From Octopus vulgaris (Eukaryota), in assembly GCA_951406725.2 (NCBI GenBank), contig OX597833.1:71548001-71612000 (forward strand): a stretch of DNA of 64,000 nucleotides, read 5' to 3'. Below, one piece after another: positions 1-12,626 of this stretch (position 1 is its first letter; each line of letters opens with the position of its first letter). A program made the position numbers and the translations under genes. The notes below the pieces were generated by a model that saw only the letters and a list, made by a program, of their open reading frames with translations, ran no database searches and was not told the DNA's origin.

Positions 1-32
1 GAACGAAGCGTCAGTCGAGTACAAAGCGATGA

Positions 33-264
33 TAAGAAATTGGAATGACAAAGGAAATAAACAATTGTGCAATTAAGTTCATTAGCTTATGATCGTTTCT
101 ACTATAAGGTGCAATGCACTCATAGTTGAGTGCTTGAGTATCACCCTATAGCTTCACCGGAGCTTCACCGGAGCTATGAGTGCATTGCGCCTTTTATCAG
201 AAACATGTATAAGCTGACGAACTTCGTTATATAATTGTTTATTTCCTTTGTTATCCCAATCTCT

Positions 265-266
<2 letters not shown>
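33..266. mobile_element. Imperfect ~235-bp palindrome (MITE or inverted Penelope-type terminal repeat) abutting (TA)n
   Basis: Arm 33-125 (taagaaattggaatgacaaaggaaataaacaatt...aaggtgcaatgcactcatag) is the reverse complement of 174-266 (ctatgagtgcattgcgcctt...aattgtttatttcctttgttatcccaatctctta), with scattered mismatches. Confidence 0.8.
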
Positions 267-348
<82 letters not shown>

Positions 349-362
349 TGTATACACACACA
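267..362. repeat. (TA)n/(TATG)n/(CA)n compound microsatellite
   Basis: Direct inspection. Confidence 0.97.
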
Positions 363-639
363 CGCGCATGCAACCAAACATATTTATGAGTTTTCAAAAT
401 TACGTAAACACGTGACGTTAACGGTATATTTAGAAATTTTATTTTTATACAATAAAAGAAAGCCCCGCTCTGTTATATTCGTTATTGCCAATTTGTCAAA
501 TGCTTTCCGATGAACCTCTGGGTTTTTCAGTTACTCATTTAGTATTCACAGCTAATAAAAAATTTTATATATATATATATATATCCTTGAATTATCGCTC
601 TAACTTCCACAGTTTATGGCAGCAATTAAATAAATATTA

Positions 640-980
640 TTTTATTTTCCGACAAGAAGGTGTGCCACCCTGTCATGAGATTGAGTGTTTGAGTGTTTCT
701 GGTCGATTGGAAGAAGCAGTCCAGTTCCGTGGCCACCACCAAGGTCACCAGATATAACCCCTTCAGACTTCTTCTTATAGAGCTCCATTGAAAACAGAGT
801 TTGTTGTACAAAGGTTCAAGACCTCAATGATCTCAGGGACAAAAACATGCACAGCCATATTAATGGCTGTGCATCCCGTCAATGAGGGGATGCTCCAACG
901 CACATGCTCAAAAGCTGAGGATCAAATGGATGTGAGCGACAAACAGAACCCACTTGCAACTGTTTTGTAATGTTTCTAAC
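640..980 (+). pseudogene. Decayed Tc1/mariner-superfamily transposase fragment (DD37D/maT-like)
   Basis: Broken frames read FRQEGVPPCH (cf. FQQDGAPPH), IGRSSPVPWPP-RSPDITP (cf. WIGR..WPPRSPDLTP), then VQDLNDLRDK..MLQRT. Confidence 0.7.
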
Positions 981-1030
981 GAAACTTCATCTGTTTGCCA
1001 ATATTTTTTGAATTTTTCAACATCTAAAGG

Positions 1031-1465
<435 letters not shown>

Positions 1466-2043
1466 ACAGGCACGTGTGTGTTTGCGTGTAAGTGGATGTG
1501 TGTGAATACAATAATTTTTTTTATCCGTGGTTTAATTACTTCTAACTTCCAACATACAATAATATAATTATTTTATCGTTCTTTAATTTGTTTTATTTGT
1601 TTCTGTCATTTATTGATGGGGCGTAGTTTTGAATGATTTAGTCGTAACTCGGAATATTCTCAGTTAATAAATTTAAATTATATACACGTACCCATACACA
1701 AACATACATACATATGTATATATGCACACGTATGCATGTGTATGTGTGTGCTTGCGTGCGTATATTAATGTGGTCTATGTATGTTGCAAGGCGGTACAAT
1801 TAATTAATTCTTTGGTCTGAGCACAACTGCCACCCACCCACGCTTCTACCCGCCTTCTCTTTACCAGCACGAAGAAGAAGACATCGCGAAAAATGTTGGG
1901 CGGCGCCCTTTCGCATGGAATTACACAATTAAAACATGACGCCAAAGGATAAAGAACAACCTACGTTGGTTCGCTTTGCCATGTTTAACCACCGACCTCA
2001 GCTTACGAAAGATAATGAAGCTACATCAGAAAGCGAAAAAGAC

Positions 2044-2174
<131 letters not shown>

Positions 2175-2475
2175 GAAAGAGGTGGGAGGGGGGTGGATGC
2201 GTGTAAGACATTAATTTTGAACTGTTAATTGCAACTCTAGGCCGGGTCGCTTCGTAAAATGTTGCTGGGTCTTCTTGTTCCATATTTCATTTTCGTTGAT
2301 GTAAAACTCTGCTTCTCGCCATATAAAGTTCATCAGGGTGGTTATTTTAGGCAACATGTAATTCTCTCTTTTTCTTCTCCTCTCTCGCTCTGTTTATGTG
2401 TGTGTATGTTTATGTTTATGTATGCGAGTGTGTGTATGTGCGTGTGTGTGTGTGTGTGTGTTTGTGTGTATATAT

Positions 2476-2590
2476 ATAAGGGGTGCTGAAAAGTTCCTGG
2501 CTTTGGTTAAAAGAAAATCCAGGAGGATCAGTTAATTATGATTTTATCCAACATATTCCCCTCTCAGACTCACCCACTTCTTATCACACA
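2476..2590 (+). mobile_element. Mariner-like terminal fragment
   Basis: TA-taaggggtgctgaaaagttcc...tccaacatattcccctctcagactcacccact resembles mariner TIR starts; no matching right end seen. Confidence 0.45.
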
Positions 2591-3109
2591 GCGACGCCTC
2601 CGCCTCCGCTCCAATATATATATATATAGGTCGGTTCGTTCGGCTAAAAACTCTCCAAGGCGGTGCCCCAGCCTGGTCGCAGTTAATGACTGAAACAAGT
2701 GACAAGATAAACCAATTGCTGCTCCCCGAACGATAATCTTGGGCAAAGTGGAAGCGAGACTCAGGAGGGGAAAGGATTTCGACAAATGCCTCGATAATGC
2801 CTGCCCTGTACAAACACCTCCATGCCTCTTCATCCCTTCTTCAACAATGTCTGGCAATTTACCAAAACCCGCCGCTGGATTCATAAAGTGATTCCGACGA
2901 GACAAGAAAAAGGCCAATTCCAATATCGGTCTTTAATCGCCGAATTATTCGGTGGGAAGAGTAATTCCTGTCAGACATCACGTGGTTACTCGTTCTTAAT
3001 TAACTCCTCTTCCTCCCCCCTCTTCCTCCCCCTCCTCATCTTCTTCCCCCTCCTCCTCCTCCTCCTCCTCCCATGGAAGGTCTGAAAGGTTCAGTCATTT
3101 CTCTATTCT

Positions 3110-3330
3110 CTATTCTTTTATCTTTTGTTTCAGTCTATTGGACTGCGGCCAGGCTGGAGCACCGCCTGGAACGGTTTTTAGTCAAACAAGTCGATCCCGA
3201 GATTTCTTTGCTTTTCTGTTTTTTTTTTGGGTTTTTTTTAAAGTCTTGTACTTATTCTATCGGGTATCTTTTGCTGAACCGCTAAGTCACGGGGAAGTAA
3301 ACAAACCAACAGAGGTTGCCAAGCGGTGTT
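3110..3330 (-). mobile_element. SINE family A, 3' half (older copy)
   Basis: gtttcagtc..gactgcggcc..gctggagcaccgcc..gaaccgctaagt matches family A. Confidence 0.85.
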
Positions 3331-4249
3331 GGTTTAAGAAATGGCAGGATGCGACTGGAAAGAAGATGAAGCTTTTATTTCTTGCAGGCCGAAGAAGCTT
3401 CGCCGTTGTTAAGAATCATTTCGTGTATTCCTGCACACACACACACACACACTCATACACACACACTCACACTCATACACACACACACACACACACACAC
3501 AACACAAAATATGTAAACAATTTTAAAATAAATTTTCGGTTTCAAAACATAACTCAAAATAAACATTCCACAATTTTATTTCTTGCCAAGTTTTTTACTC
3601 ACCGACAAATTCTGATTTAGGTCGACTTCTTTCAGTCTCTGACTACTTAAAACGAAATATTTTTAGTATTTGTTGTTGTTTTTTAACCAACTCTTAGTCA
3701 TTAAAAAACGTTATCACCTTTTCTTTATGCTTTTCATTGATTTTAAAACAAATGTATTTTGGGCGGCTAAATTAACAAATGTTCCTAAATATGTTTTAGC
3801 GAAATATTTTATAATTTATGGACTTGAAAGAATGGAAATGGCTTGTTTCTTTTAATAACTGAATTAGCAAATGTGCGTTCCCCTTAAATTTTGTCTCTAA
3901 AATCATGTGACGAAAGACAAAAATCATAGAGTGATTTTCATTTCATGCTTTTGAACGATTAAAAATATATAATTTGCATAACTGACATTTATAAAAATTG
4001 TAAAGAATGGAAAACCGCCGCCCGAAAGAGCCAGCAACGGTATTGCAAAATGGAAGTTAACTGAGCTTCGAGACTCTTCCTAATCATCGTCTGTTTATTT
4101 CGAGCTGTTGTCGTCTGCGTGCGTTTGTGAACTCAACGATCTTCCTCCTTCGTGAGGTTAGCATGAAGCGGATGTGAGATGATTCACCTCGCATTACATA
4201 CAACTACAAACTAATTTCGCAGAATTGACTCTTAAGGATCTATAAACTA

Positions 4250-4385
4250 GGCAAGGACAGCTTTTTTCGAGAAGCGGGCCGCACGAGACATGGCTCGTCA
4301 TCAGGTGGGCCACACAACTAAAAAAAAAAAAGTAAATTTTCGTTCGGTCTGCCAAAGTCACGCCGGCCGCAGTTTGTCCACGACT
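4250..4385. mobile_element. hAT-type MITE remnant
   Basis: gaagcgggccgcac...ggccgcagtttgtcc; same motifs at 47740-47870. Confidence 0.45.
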
Positions 4386-6226
4386 TTAGATTCTAAAACC
4401 AAGAATCAGCACTAAATGAGTAAAAAATTAAATTAAACCATATTTGTTTCTGATTTAGGCATGAAGTCAACGATTCTAAGGGAAGGAGATTAATCGACTG
4501 GAAAGGATACACAACAAAGTTGACCCGGGGTGGGGGGGGATTGGACTTCAGAATGTAAATACGGCAAAGCATTCTCCTCGCGATTTAACCATTCTGCCAA
4601 ATCGTTACCTTCAATAATTGCTTTTGATTTAGGAAGAAGGCCATCATTTCTTCAGTCAAATACTGGGTGGGGTGGGGTGGGGGCGATTGAATCGAATAAC
4701 ACCTTTCCTAATAATAATTAGCTAGATAAATTAAATAAATAAACGAATTAGGGAAAGGGATTAATCAAATAAATCGATCCTAGTATTTCGCTGAATATTT
4801 ATTTTATCGACCCCCAGGGTTAAGGTTAGGGCACCAAAGGTAAAGGTGATCTTGGCAAGATTTGAACTAAGAGCATAAAGAGCAGGAAGGTGGAATGGTC
4901 ACACTGGAACGCCTTTGATCATCGGTTTGCTTGATCTTGGTTGACCTGCGGTTAAACAACAACACAAGGAACCATGAGACGGGGGATGTTTCTACTGATT
5001 AAACGATGTCATGGATCCCGGACCCTTTGATACAAAATGTTTAGTAATTGAAATATAGAACTGAGTGGAGGGTCCCTTACACGTGTGTGTGTGTGTGCGT
5101 GAGTATGGTGGTGAGGGGAGAAAGAGAGGGGGAGGAGATAATCGTAAGAAAGAGTTGAGGTCGGAGAGGATGGAGAGATATTGTGATGGAGGGACTGGAG
5201 GTTGACTGAGAGAGAGGAAGAGAGAGAGAGAGGGGGCGGGGGAGGGGAAAAGGAAGAGAGAAAGAGAGAGAGCAAGAAGAAGAAGAAGAGAGGGAAAGAT
5301 ATGAGTGGGAAAGGCGGCAGAAGTGATCATAAGCAGGGACAGAAAGAAATGATGGAGGGGGGGATCGGACGAGAGACGGGTGTGGGTGTATATAAACAAG
5401 GGAAAGGGAACTGGTGTGTGTAGAGAGAGAGGGGAACGAGAGTTGAGGGTGGATGATTTGTTGGTAGGGTGTGAAGTAAGGTGGGGAGACAACAACAGTA
5501 GAGATCGTTTAGTGTCTACCCGGGACCACCCACACGGGTGTCTAAAGGGTACATGTTGAAGATAAGCCTTAACCAGCTACCAACCCATCATCGTCACACA
5601 CATACATACAGAATTACGCACACACACACACATGTGTGTGTATACCCGCATATAAGCATACACACGCCTGTGCATGTGTGTGTGTGTGTGTGCACGCACG
5701 CATACACATTCAAACACACGAATATACACGCACTTTTTTTGTGTTTTTTTATCAATTTCAAAAGCTTAAACAGCAAAGTTGACCTCAGCAGGACTTGAAC
5801 TCAGATAGCAGAGCGTCGCTACAAAACCGCGGAGTACTCAATGCGATGCTTCAACCACTCCACCGATTTGTCGTCTAGGGTGGTCAGTATCTTTGCAAAA
5901 AGCAGCAGCAATATACAGTTAGGGTGGAAGGTGAGAGCGACAAAAGGTGTGAATCATTCATTGAGGTCTGCTATGATCCGATCTCTTCCGTAGCTTTAAA
6001 CAGAGTCGTGAAAATACGTTAGAGAGGTTCAATCAGGGGCCATAAATTCAAATCTACCGTTTTAATGTGAATCTGGGCGCAGCCATATTCCGTTTTACCG
6101 GGAAACTCAAGATAAAGTAAAGTTCATTCACCGCGGAGAGTTTAGAGTCCGGCTTTTGGAGGCCTTGCTCTTTATTCAGAGTAAGGAAGAGACCAAAGGG
6201 ATGCTGTGTATTCGGTTACCGTCGAG

Positions 6227-6600
6227 TTACTCTTTTACTCTTTTACTTGTTTCAGTCATTTGACTGTGGCCATGCTGGAGCACCACCTTTAGTCGAGCCC
6301 GGGACTTATTCTTTGTAAGCCCAGTACTTATTCTATCGCTAAGTGACGGGGATGTAAACACACCAGCATCGGTTGTCAAGCAATGATAGAGGGACAAACA
6401 CAGACACACAGACATATACACACACATACATATATACGACAGGCTTCTTTCAGTTTCCGTCTACCAAATCCACTCACAAGGCATTGGTCTGCCCGGGGCT
6501 ATAGCAGAAGACACTTGCCCAAGGTGCCACGCAGTGGGACTGAACCTGGAACCATGTGGTTGGTAAGCAAGCTACTTACCACACAGCCACACCTGCGCCT
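6227..6600 (-). mobile_element. SINE family A, full length (tRNA head + CORE-like box + internal microsatellite + 3' module)
   Basis: Head ggcgcaggtgtggctgtgtggtaag, box B ggttcagtccc, ccttgggcaagtg CORE-like motif, (gtaaaaga)n tail; gagtta on both flanks. Confidence 0.93.
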
Positions 6601-6601
6601 G

Positions 6602-6745
6602 AGTTAAGTATATGTTAAATATATGTTAAGTATATGCCAAGTGTATGCGCTGAGCGTGTGTTAAATATAATATATGTTAAGTATATGCCAAGTGTATGCG
6701 CTGAGCGTGTGTTAAATATATGTTAAGTATATGTTGTTAAGTATG
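6602..6745. repeat. Short tandem duplication (gttaagtatatgccaagtgtatgcgctgagcgtgtgttaaatata x2, plus partials)
   Basis: Direct inspection. Confidence 0.8.
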
Positions 6746-7233
6746 TATGCATTTGGGAACAAAATACAGAACGAATGACAGATTCCACGAACCGTTGAGT
6801 GTTCGGTTTCTGTATTCTCGACAGCTGTTCTTTCTGCTTGCTTGCTGCAAAATAATTAAATGAAATCTATGTTATGTACCGTAACACACACTCTCTCCCC
6901 TCCCTCCACCTTTCTTAACCTTGGAGGGTATTCGGTTTAACTTAACCATCTGTCTTCATATGTTTATAGAGGATTCAGGATTTGGCTTGTACGATGTGGT
7001 TTTCAGAAGTTTCTAGAACAACCTCACTCTAATTGTTGAAATCAAGGTTATGCCAACGTCTCCTTCCTTCCTTCTGTCCATCCGTTCGTCGAAGGACGAT
7101 GGGAGGTGAGGGAGATGGTTATAAATAACGAAACAGGGATCCCAGCGGTGTATCAAGGGTATTATTTATTTATAAGACAGTCAGAGAAGGGCTGGTGCCC
7201 ATCGTTTTCCCTATGGCCCTTCGCCCACTCACC

Positions 7234-7466
7234 TATTTCTTTACTACCCACAAGGGGCTAAACACAGAGGGGACAAACAAGGACCGACAAACGGATTAAG
7301 TCGATTATATCGACCCCAGTGCGTAACTGGTACTTATTTCATCGACCTCGAAAGGGTGAAAGGCAAAGTCGACCTCGGCGGAATTTGAACTCGGAACGTA
7401 ACGGCAGACGCAATACGGTTACGCATTTTGCCCGGCGTGCTAACGCTTCTGCCAGCTCGCCGCCTT
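7234..7466 (-). mobile_element. SINE family B (tRNA-like head, Meta-domain-like centre), full length
   Basis: Head aggcggcgagctggcagaa, box B gagttcaaattcc; 15-bp TSD cttcgcccactcacc at 7219-7233 and 7468-7482. Confidence 0.95.
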
Positions 7467-7581
7467 ACTTCGCCCACTCACCACCAGACAAGTGATAATA
7501 ATATGGTTGATGTTCACCCTGAATATCTAATGGGGCCGCTATTAGGGAACTCTGCTCAGGTGCCCAAAGATTCAGTGTCGC

Positions 7582-7770
7582 TGTTGTTGTTTAGCCCCAG
7601 GTCAGTCCTGACTAAGCAGACAGGCCTATGATCAAAGCAGTTTAAGCCATGACCTTTCCATCTTTCATTTAGGCATTAGATAATGTAGTTCTGCACATAT
7701 TACCTTTTAAAGGCAATAGGTTTTGATTTGGTTGCTATTTCTAGCAGATCGAGCTACCATATGGAGGCGC
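7582..7770 (-). mobile_element. Family D SINE-like repeat (ctagaaatagcagccaaatc...cctggggctaaacaacaac)
   Basis: Roughly 20 diverged copies across the window (e.g. 10195-10500, 30710-31130, 32247-32465, 33610-33835, 34810-35300, 38935-39350, 47275-47720, 53200-53620, 54900-55090); (CAA)n tail. Confidence 0.8.
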
Positions 7771-8157
7771 CCTTCGTAACTCGTGTGTTGTTGTTGTTGT
7801 TCTTGTTGGTGGTGGTGGTGGTGATGAGGGTGGTGTTTAGTTCCAGCTCTGTTTTCATCAAACATACCTGTGATTAAAAAGGTATTCCCGCCGACCACTT
7901 CGTCAATTTATTTTTGTCAAGCATTGTGTCTAATTCTATAAACGGCAGTAAGTTGAAATTTGAGGGAAATTTGGCTGTTATATTTAGTAGGTCGAGTAAC
8001 CATGTATAGATTTCCATTTTGGCTTCCATTTTTGTTGTTGTTACAGAGCTCCAGGCCAACTCTGATTCAGTAACAATTATCAAAGACGTCCCGTCCATGA
8101 TCATCCCATTTTTTCTTTGAACATTATGTATCTAGGGGTACACTATCCAAGTTTCCT

Positions 8158-8535
8158 AGGAGTGGCTGTGTGGTAAGTAGCTTGTTTATGAACCACATGG
8201 TTCCGGGTTCAGTCCCACTGCGTGGCATCTTGGGCAAGTGTCTTCTGCTATAGCCCCGGGCCGACCAATGCCTTGTGAGTGGATTTGGTAGACGGAAACT
8301 GAAAGAAGCCCGTCGTATATATGTATATATATGCGTGTGTGTGTTTGTCCCCCTAGCATTGCTTGACAACCGATGCTGGTGTGTTTACGTCCCCGTTACT
8401 TAGCGGTTCAGCAAAAGAGACCGATAGAATAAGTACTAGGCTTCCAAAGAATAAGTCCCGGGGTCGAGTTGTTCGACTAAAAGGCGGTGCTCCACCATGG
8501 CCGCAGTCAAATGACTGAAACAAGTAAAAGAGTAA
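8158..8535 (+). mobile_element. SINE family A, full length
   Basis: Same consensus as 6227-6600. Confidence 0.93.
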
Positions 8536-8689
8536 TCGAAACAGTAACACCCCTCACTCCCCTTCTCTTCCCCCCTCTCTTGCTCATTACAGTTGAGTCT
8601 GGTCACTCTTGTTCAACCGACTCTTCATCCTCTCCATCCATCTTGCGTTCTTTGCCTCCTCTTGATCCACTACCTTCTAATCTTCCTCC

Positions 8690-9330
8690 CATGATAATGT
8701 CTTCTAAACGTCTGCGTCTTTCAATACGGCCATCAGACGACACGAGCTTTTGTTTTTTCACAATGTCCAAGTGTTGTTGGTTTTCCCTTACATATTGTAA
8801 CACTCGTTCATTCTCCCGATGTAAGAGACTCGTAACAGCCTCCTATAAACTCACATTTTGAACGTATTCATTATGTTCTCTTCAAATTTGTCAAGGCTCC
8901 GCAACCATAAATGCCTACCGTCCAGACGAACGTTCAATTGGCCTCTGTTTTCAGCTTAGATGGAACGCTTTTACTGCTTGCTTCAGATGTTACTAAGCTT
9001 TCCCGTGAATGTTCTTGCTGTGATTTAGCCGTGTCCGAATTTCTTTCTTACAAGAGATTTGCGCTTCAATGATGATACTTGTACAATTCAACCTGTTCCA
9101 GCCTCTCACTGCTCAATTTGATGTTAACATTTCCTTTCTCTTTTCCTGCTATCGTGACGTTTGTTTTCTTATGGTTGAGATAAAGACCATGCGTATTTGA
9201 TGCCTCGACTTATCATTTTTTGAAGTCCGGCTTCAGTCTTGGCAAGTAAAACAGTGTCATCTGAATACCTTAGATTAGGAATATGTATTTTGGTGCCATC
9301 TTCTTCCCATATTTTTCTAAATATCCTGTA
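8690..9330 (-). pseudogene. Decayed RTE-clade LINE reverse transcriptase fragment
   Basis: Broken frames read IPNLRYSDDTVLLA, GLYLNHKKTNV, LEQVELYKY, KEIRTRL, FKM*VYRRLLRVSY, NERVLQYV..LDIVKKQKL, typical of RTE RT and C-terminal region. Confidence 0.85.
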
Positions 9331-9474
9331 TTTTTAAACCTCAAAAGCCCGTGGCTCAGTGGCTGCGTATGTCGGCTGTAAGGACTTCCCGTCGTTGGGA
9401 CGGGTTATTCACGGCATATCTACGTTGACAGTGTGTGATAGGTTTTGAAAGAGTATGTGGTCACTATTGTTTAT

Positions 9475-9505
<31 letters not shown>

Positions 9506-9568
9506 TACATATATGCATGCATACATTCACGCAAATGCGCGCGCGCGCGCACACATACATACATATAC

Positions 9569-9602
<34 letters not shown>

Positions 9603-9699
9603 AAAGTTAGTTTGAACCTCGTTTTATACAACAAACCAGGCCATGTGTTTGATAATGCTGCCATTGTCAATGGTAGGAGTTGTAAATGGAGAATGAACA

Positions 9700-10046
9700 T
9701 GTAGTAGTAGCAGTAGTAGTAGTGGTGGTGGAGATGGTGTTGTTGTTGGTGGTGGTGGTGGAGGAGATGGTGGTGGTGGAGGAGATGGTGGTGGTGGAGG
9801 AGATGGTGGTGGTGGTGGAGATGGAGGTGGTGGTGGTGATGAGGGTAGTGATGGAGGTGGAGGTGATGGTGGTGGAGGAGATGGTGGTGGTGGTGGTGGT
9901 GATGGAGATGGAGGCGATGGTGGTGATGGTAGAGGTAGTGATGGAGGTGGAGGTGGTGATGAAGGTGGTGATGGAGGTGGAGGTGGAGGTGGTGGTGGTG
10001 GTGGTGGTGGTGGTGATGGAGGTGGAGGTGGAGGTGGTGGTGGTGA
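9700..10046. repeat. (GGT/GGA/GAT)n degenerate trinucleotide repeat
   Basis: Explains the poly-P, poly-T and poly-V ORFs. Confidence 0.95.
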
Positions 10047-10783
10047 CACGCTTCGAGGACCCCAAACAGTAGACGGTCAGTTATATAACCGGAAACCCAA
10101 AGGAAGGTGACTTTAAGAATGGGTGTTCCATTTTCTGAGATGGCCCTTAATTATTAACAGAACATATGACAAGGCAACGACGACGCCTCTGTGTTGTGTC
10201 ACTCGGCCTGTTAGAAATAGCAGCCAAATTGCCTTCAAATGACGTCCCGTTCCATCTTGACCGTTGAAAAGAAAAGCTGGACGGCTGACAGGAGTCACTG
10301 TATGGTCACTCGACTCGATAGAAATAGCAACCAAATCACCCTCAGTTACCACACCCTATCGTTTCGTAAAAATGAAGGACACACTGGATAATGTGTTTCT
10401 GGATGTGTTACCTACGAAAACAAGACGGAATAGTCACGGCTGGAATGTCTTTGGTAAAAGGTATTCTCGATTTGAACTGACCTGGGGCTAAACAACAGCA
10501 GCAGCAGCAATAGCAACGATAACAACAACAACAACATCAACAACATTGGGTGTAATACTTTGTATGAGATTCCGCAGCGCTTGTGTACCCCCACCCATCG
10601 CCATCAATCCTCGACGTGGGAGCTCTTATGTCGTCGCACGTCCCGCTCAAAATAGAAGCTTTTTAACACAAATACATCTATAAAGTGATGAAAATCGCAG
10701 CTTCCGGCTTTTCAACCACACACTTTAAATACGTTATAGTGATAAAGGATATACATACATACATACTTGCACACCTATTAGCT

Positions 10784-10828
<45 letters not shown>

Positions 10829-10839
10829 AACAAAATAGG

Positions 10840-11060
10840 TTTTATACATAATTAATCCAAACAAGAAAGCACAAAAAAAAAAACACAACAACGCGAGGAC
10901 GTGGAACAAATATAGTATTATTGGACGCTCAGGAAAGAAGGAGGGTTTAACGTTTCGAGCGGAGCTCTTTGTCGGAAACATAGGAGAAGGAAAGATCCAG
11001 AGAAGGGAAGACGGAGGAAAAAAATCGCCAACGGTACACACGAGGTCACATTTTGAAAGG
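10840..11060 (-). mobile_element. Family E2 short element (putative Penelope terminal-repeat derivative)
   Basis: Reverse complement of 60960-61135; shares the tatt..cgctcaggaa motif with E1; hammerhead-like fold at 10945-10979. Confidence 0.7.
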
Positions 11061-11439
11061 GTCACACGAGGTCACATTTTATACATATATTTGTACATTA
11101 TAGTCTTACAGCTGTTTCTGATGTAGGTTTTGAGAGCGTTCATGGCCCAGTTCACTCCATAGATTGATTGAAATATATAAAGCCAATTATCTATGCTTCT
11201 TCTTAACAGTCGACAAGTGACGGGCTTTTCTCTTCGGATCTGGCCTTCAGATAACCCGGAATTCAATGCCAATCGCTAAACTTTTTTGTTAGCCTGATGT
11301 ATTTGTTGTATCAGCAGAGAGCTTAAGAAATATTCTGACCGGATTGCTAATCCGTTTTTAATAACTCTTTGTTGCCAGCATGGCCGCAGTCAAAGGACGG
11401 AAACAAGTAAAAGAATAAAAGATTAAAAAAATAAAAGAA

Positions 11440-11542
11440 TATATATATATATATCATTTATATATACATTCACACACACACACACATATATATATATGTA
11501 TGTGTATATATATATATATATGTGCGTGTGCGTGTGTATGTA

Positions 11543-11584
<42 letters not shown>

Positions 11585-11700
11585 AACATACATTATATTT
11601 ATATATATGCATATATTTATATATACATGTATATACGTGTGTGTGTGTGTGTGTGTAGAACTGTATCGACAAACACTCAGGCACACACACACCCATACCC
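11440..11700. repeat. (TA)/(CA)/(TG) compound microsatellite
   Basis: Direct inspection. Confidence 0.95.
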
Positions 11701-12232
11701 ATACACTCACAAGCTGTCACCTCATCGCTCCATCCACACCTATTATTACTATTATTATTAACATCTGTTTCATGCGCGCATTCCGAATGACACATACTTC
11801 TTCCACACGCATTTATATACGCTGGAAAGTGTGTCTAACCTAAATGTTCGCCTCGTTCCTGCAAATAACAAGTAAAAACATTGTCCAAAATGGTTCTGGC
11901 GCAAAACAAAGTACACGCCATCACTAAAAATAGGTAACACGACGTACAGACCGCAAATGTATACACGCGCCATCTTGAGAGCTCTCCGGTCAAACTGGTA
12001 CAGTCAACTTGTTAACCTGCTTTCCAGATACCCCAAGAAAAATAGACTTGCACTTGAGATACCCGCTTGCTCTCCTTTATGTACCTGTTTCGTTAGTGTG
12101 TCAGTTCCCTATCCATCTATCTGTCTATCTGTCTTTCAGTCCGTCTGTCCGTCCGTCTATCTGTATGTCTGTAGACACCCTTACGTATGTAGACACGTAG
12201 TGTATACGCACACCATCACACTGGTCTACCAC

Positions 12233-12360
12233 ACCCACTCACAAGGCTTTGGTCAGCTCGAGGCTATAGAAGAAGACACTTGCCCAAGGTGACACGCAGT
12301 GGGACTGAACCTGGAACCATGAGTTTGGTAAGCTACTTACCACACAGCCACTCCTGCGTC
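12233..12360 (-). mobile_element. SINE family A, 5' half
   Basis: ccactcacaaggctttgg...ccacacagccactcctgcg. Confidence 0.9.
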
Positions 12361-12390
12361 TATGTATGTATGTATGTATGTATGTATGTG

Positions 12391-12427
<37 letters not shown>

Positions 12428-12574
12428 GTTTATATATGTGTATATATATATATGTGTGTTTATATATATATGTTTATATATGTGTATATATATATATATG
12501 TGTGTGTGTTTATATATATTTATGTGTACGTGTACATATATGTATATGTATATGTACACACACACACACACACA

Positions 12575-12623
<49 letters not shown>
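12361..12623. repeat. (TATG)/(TA)/(CA) compound microsatellite
   Basis: Direct inspection. Confidence 0.95.

Positions 12624-12626
<3 letters not shown>

Noticed and set aside
9624-10072. Poly-Pro, poly-Thr and Val/Glu/Met ORFs
   Set aside because: Degenerate GGT repeat open in several frames; no splice or domain context
11100-11125. GAAACAGCTGTAAGAC (minus), 3' half of a hammerhead
   Set aside because: No CUGANGA box with complementary stem I found upstream
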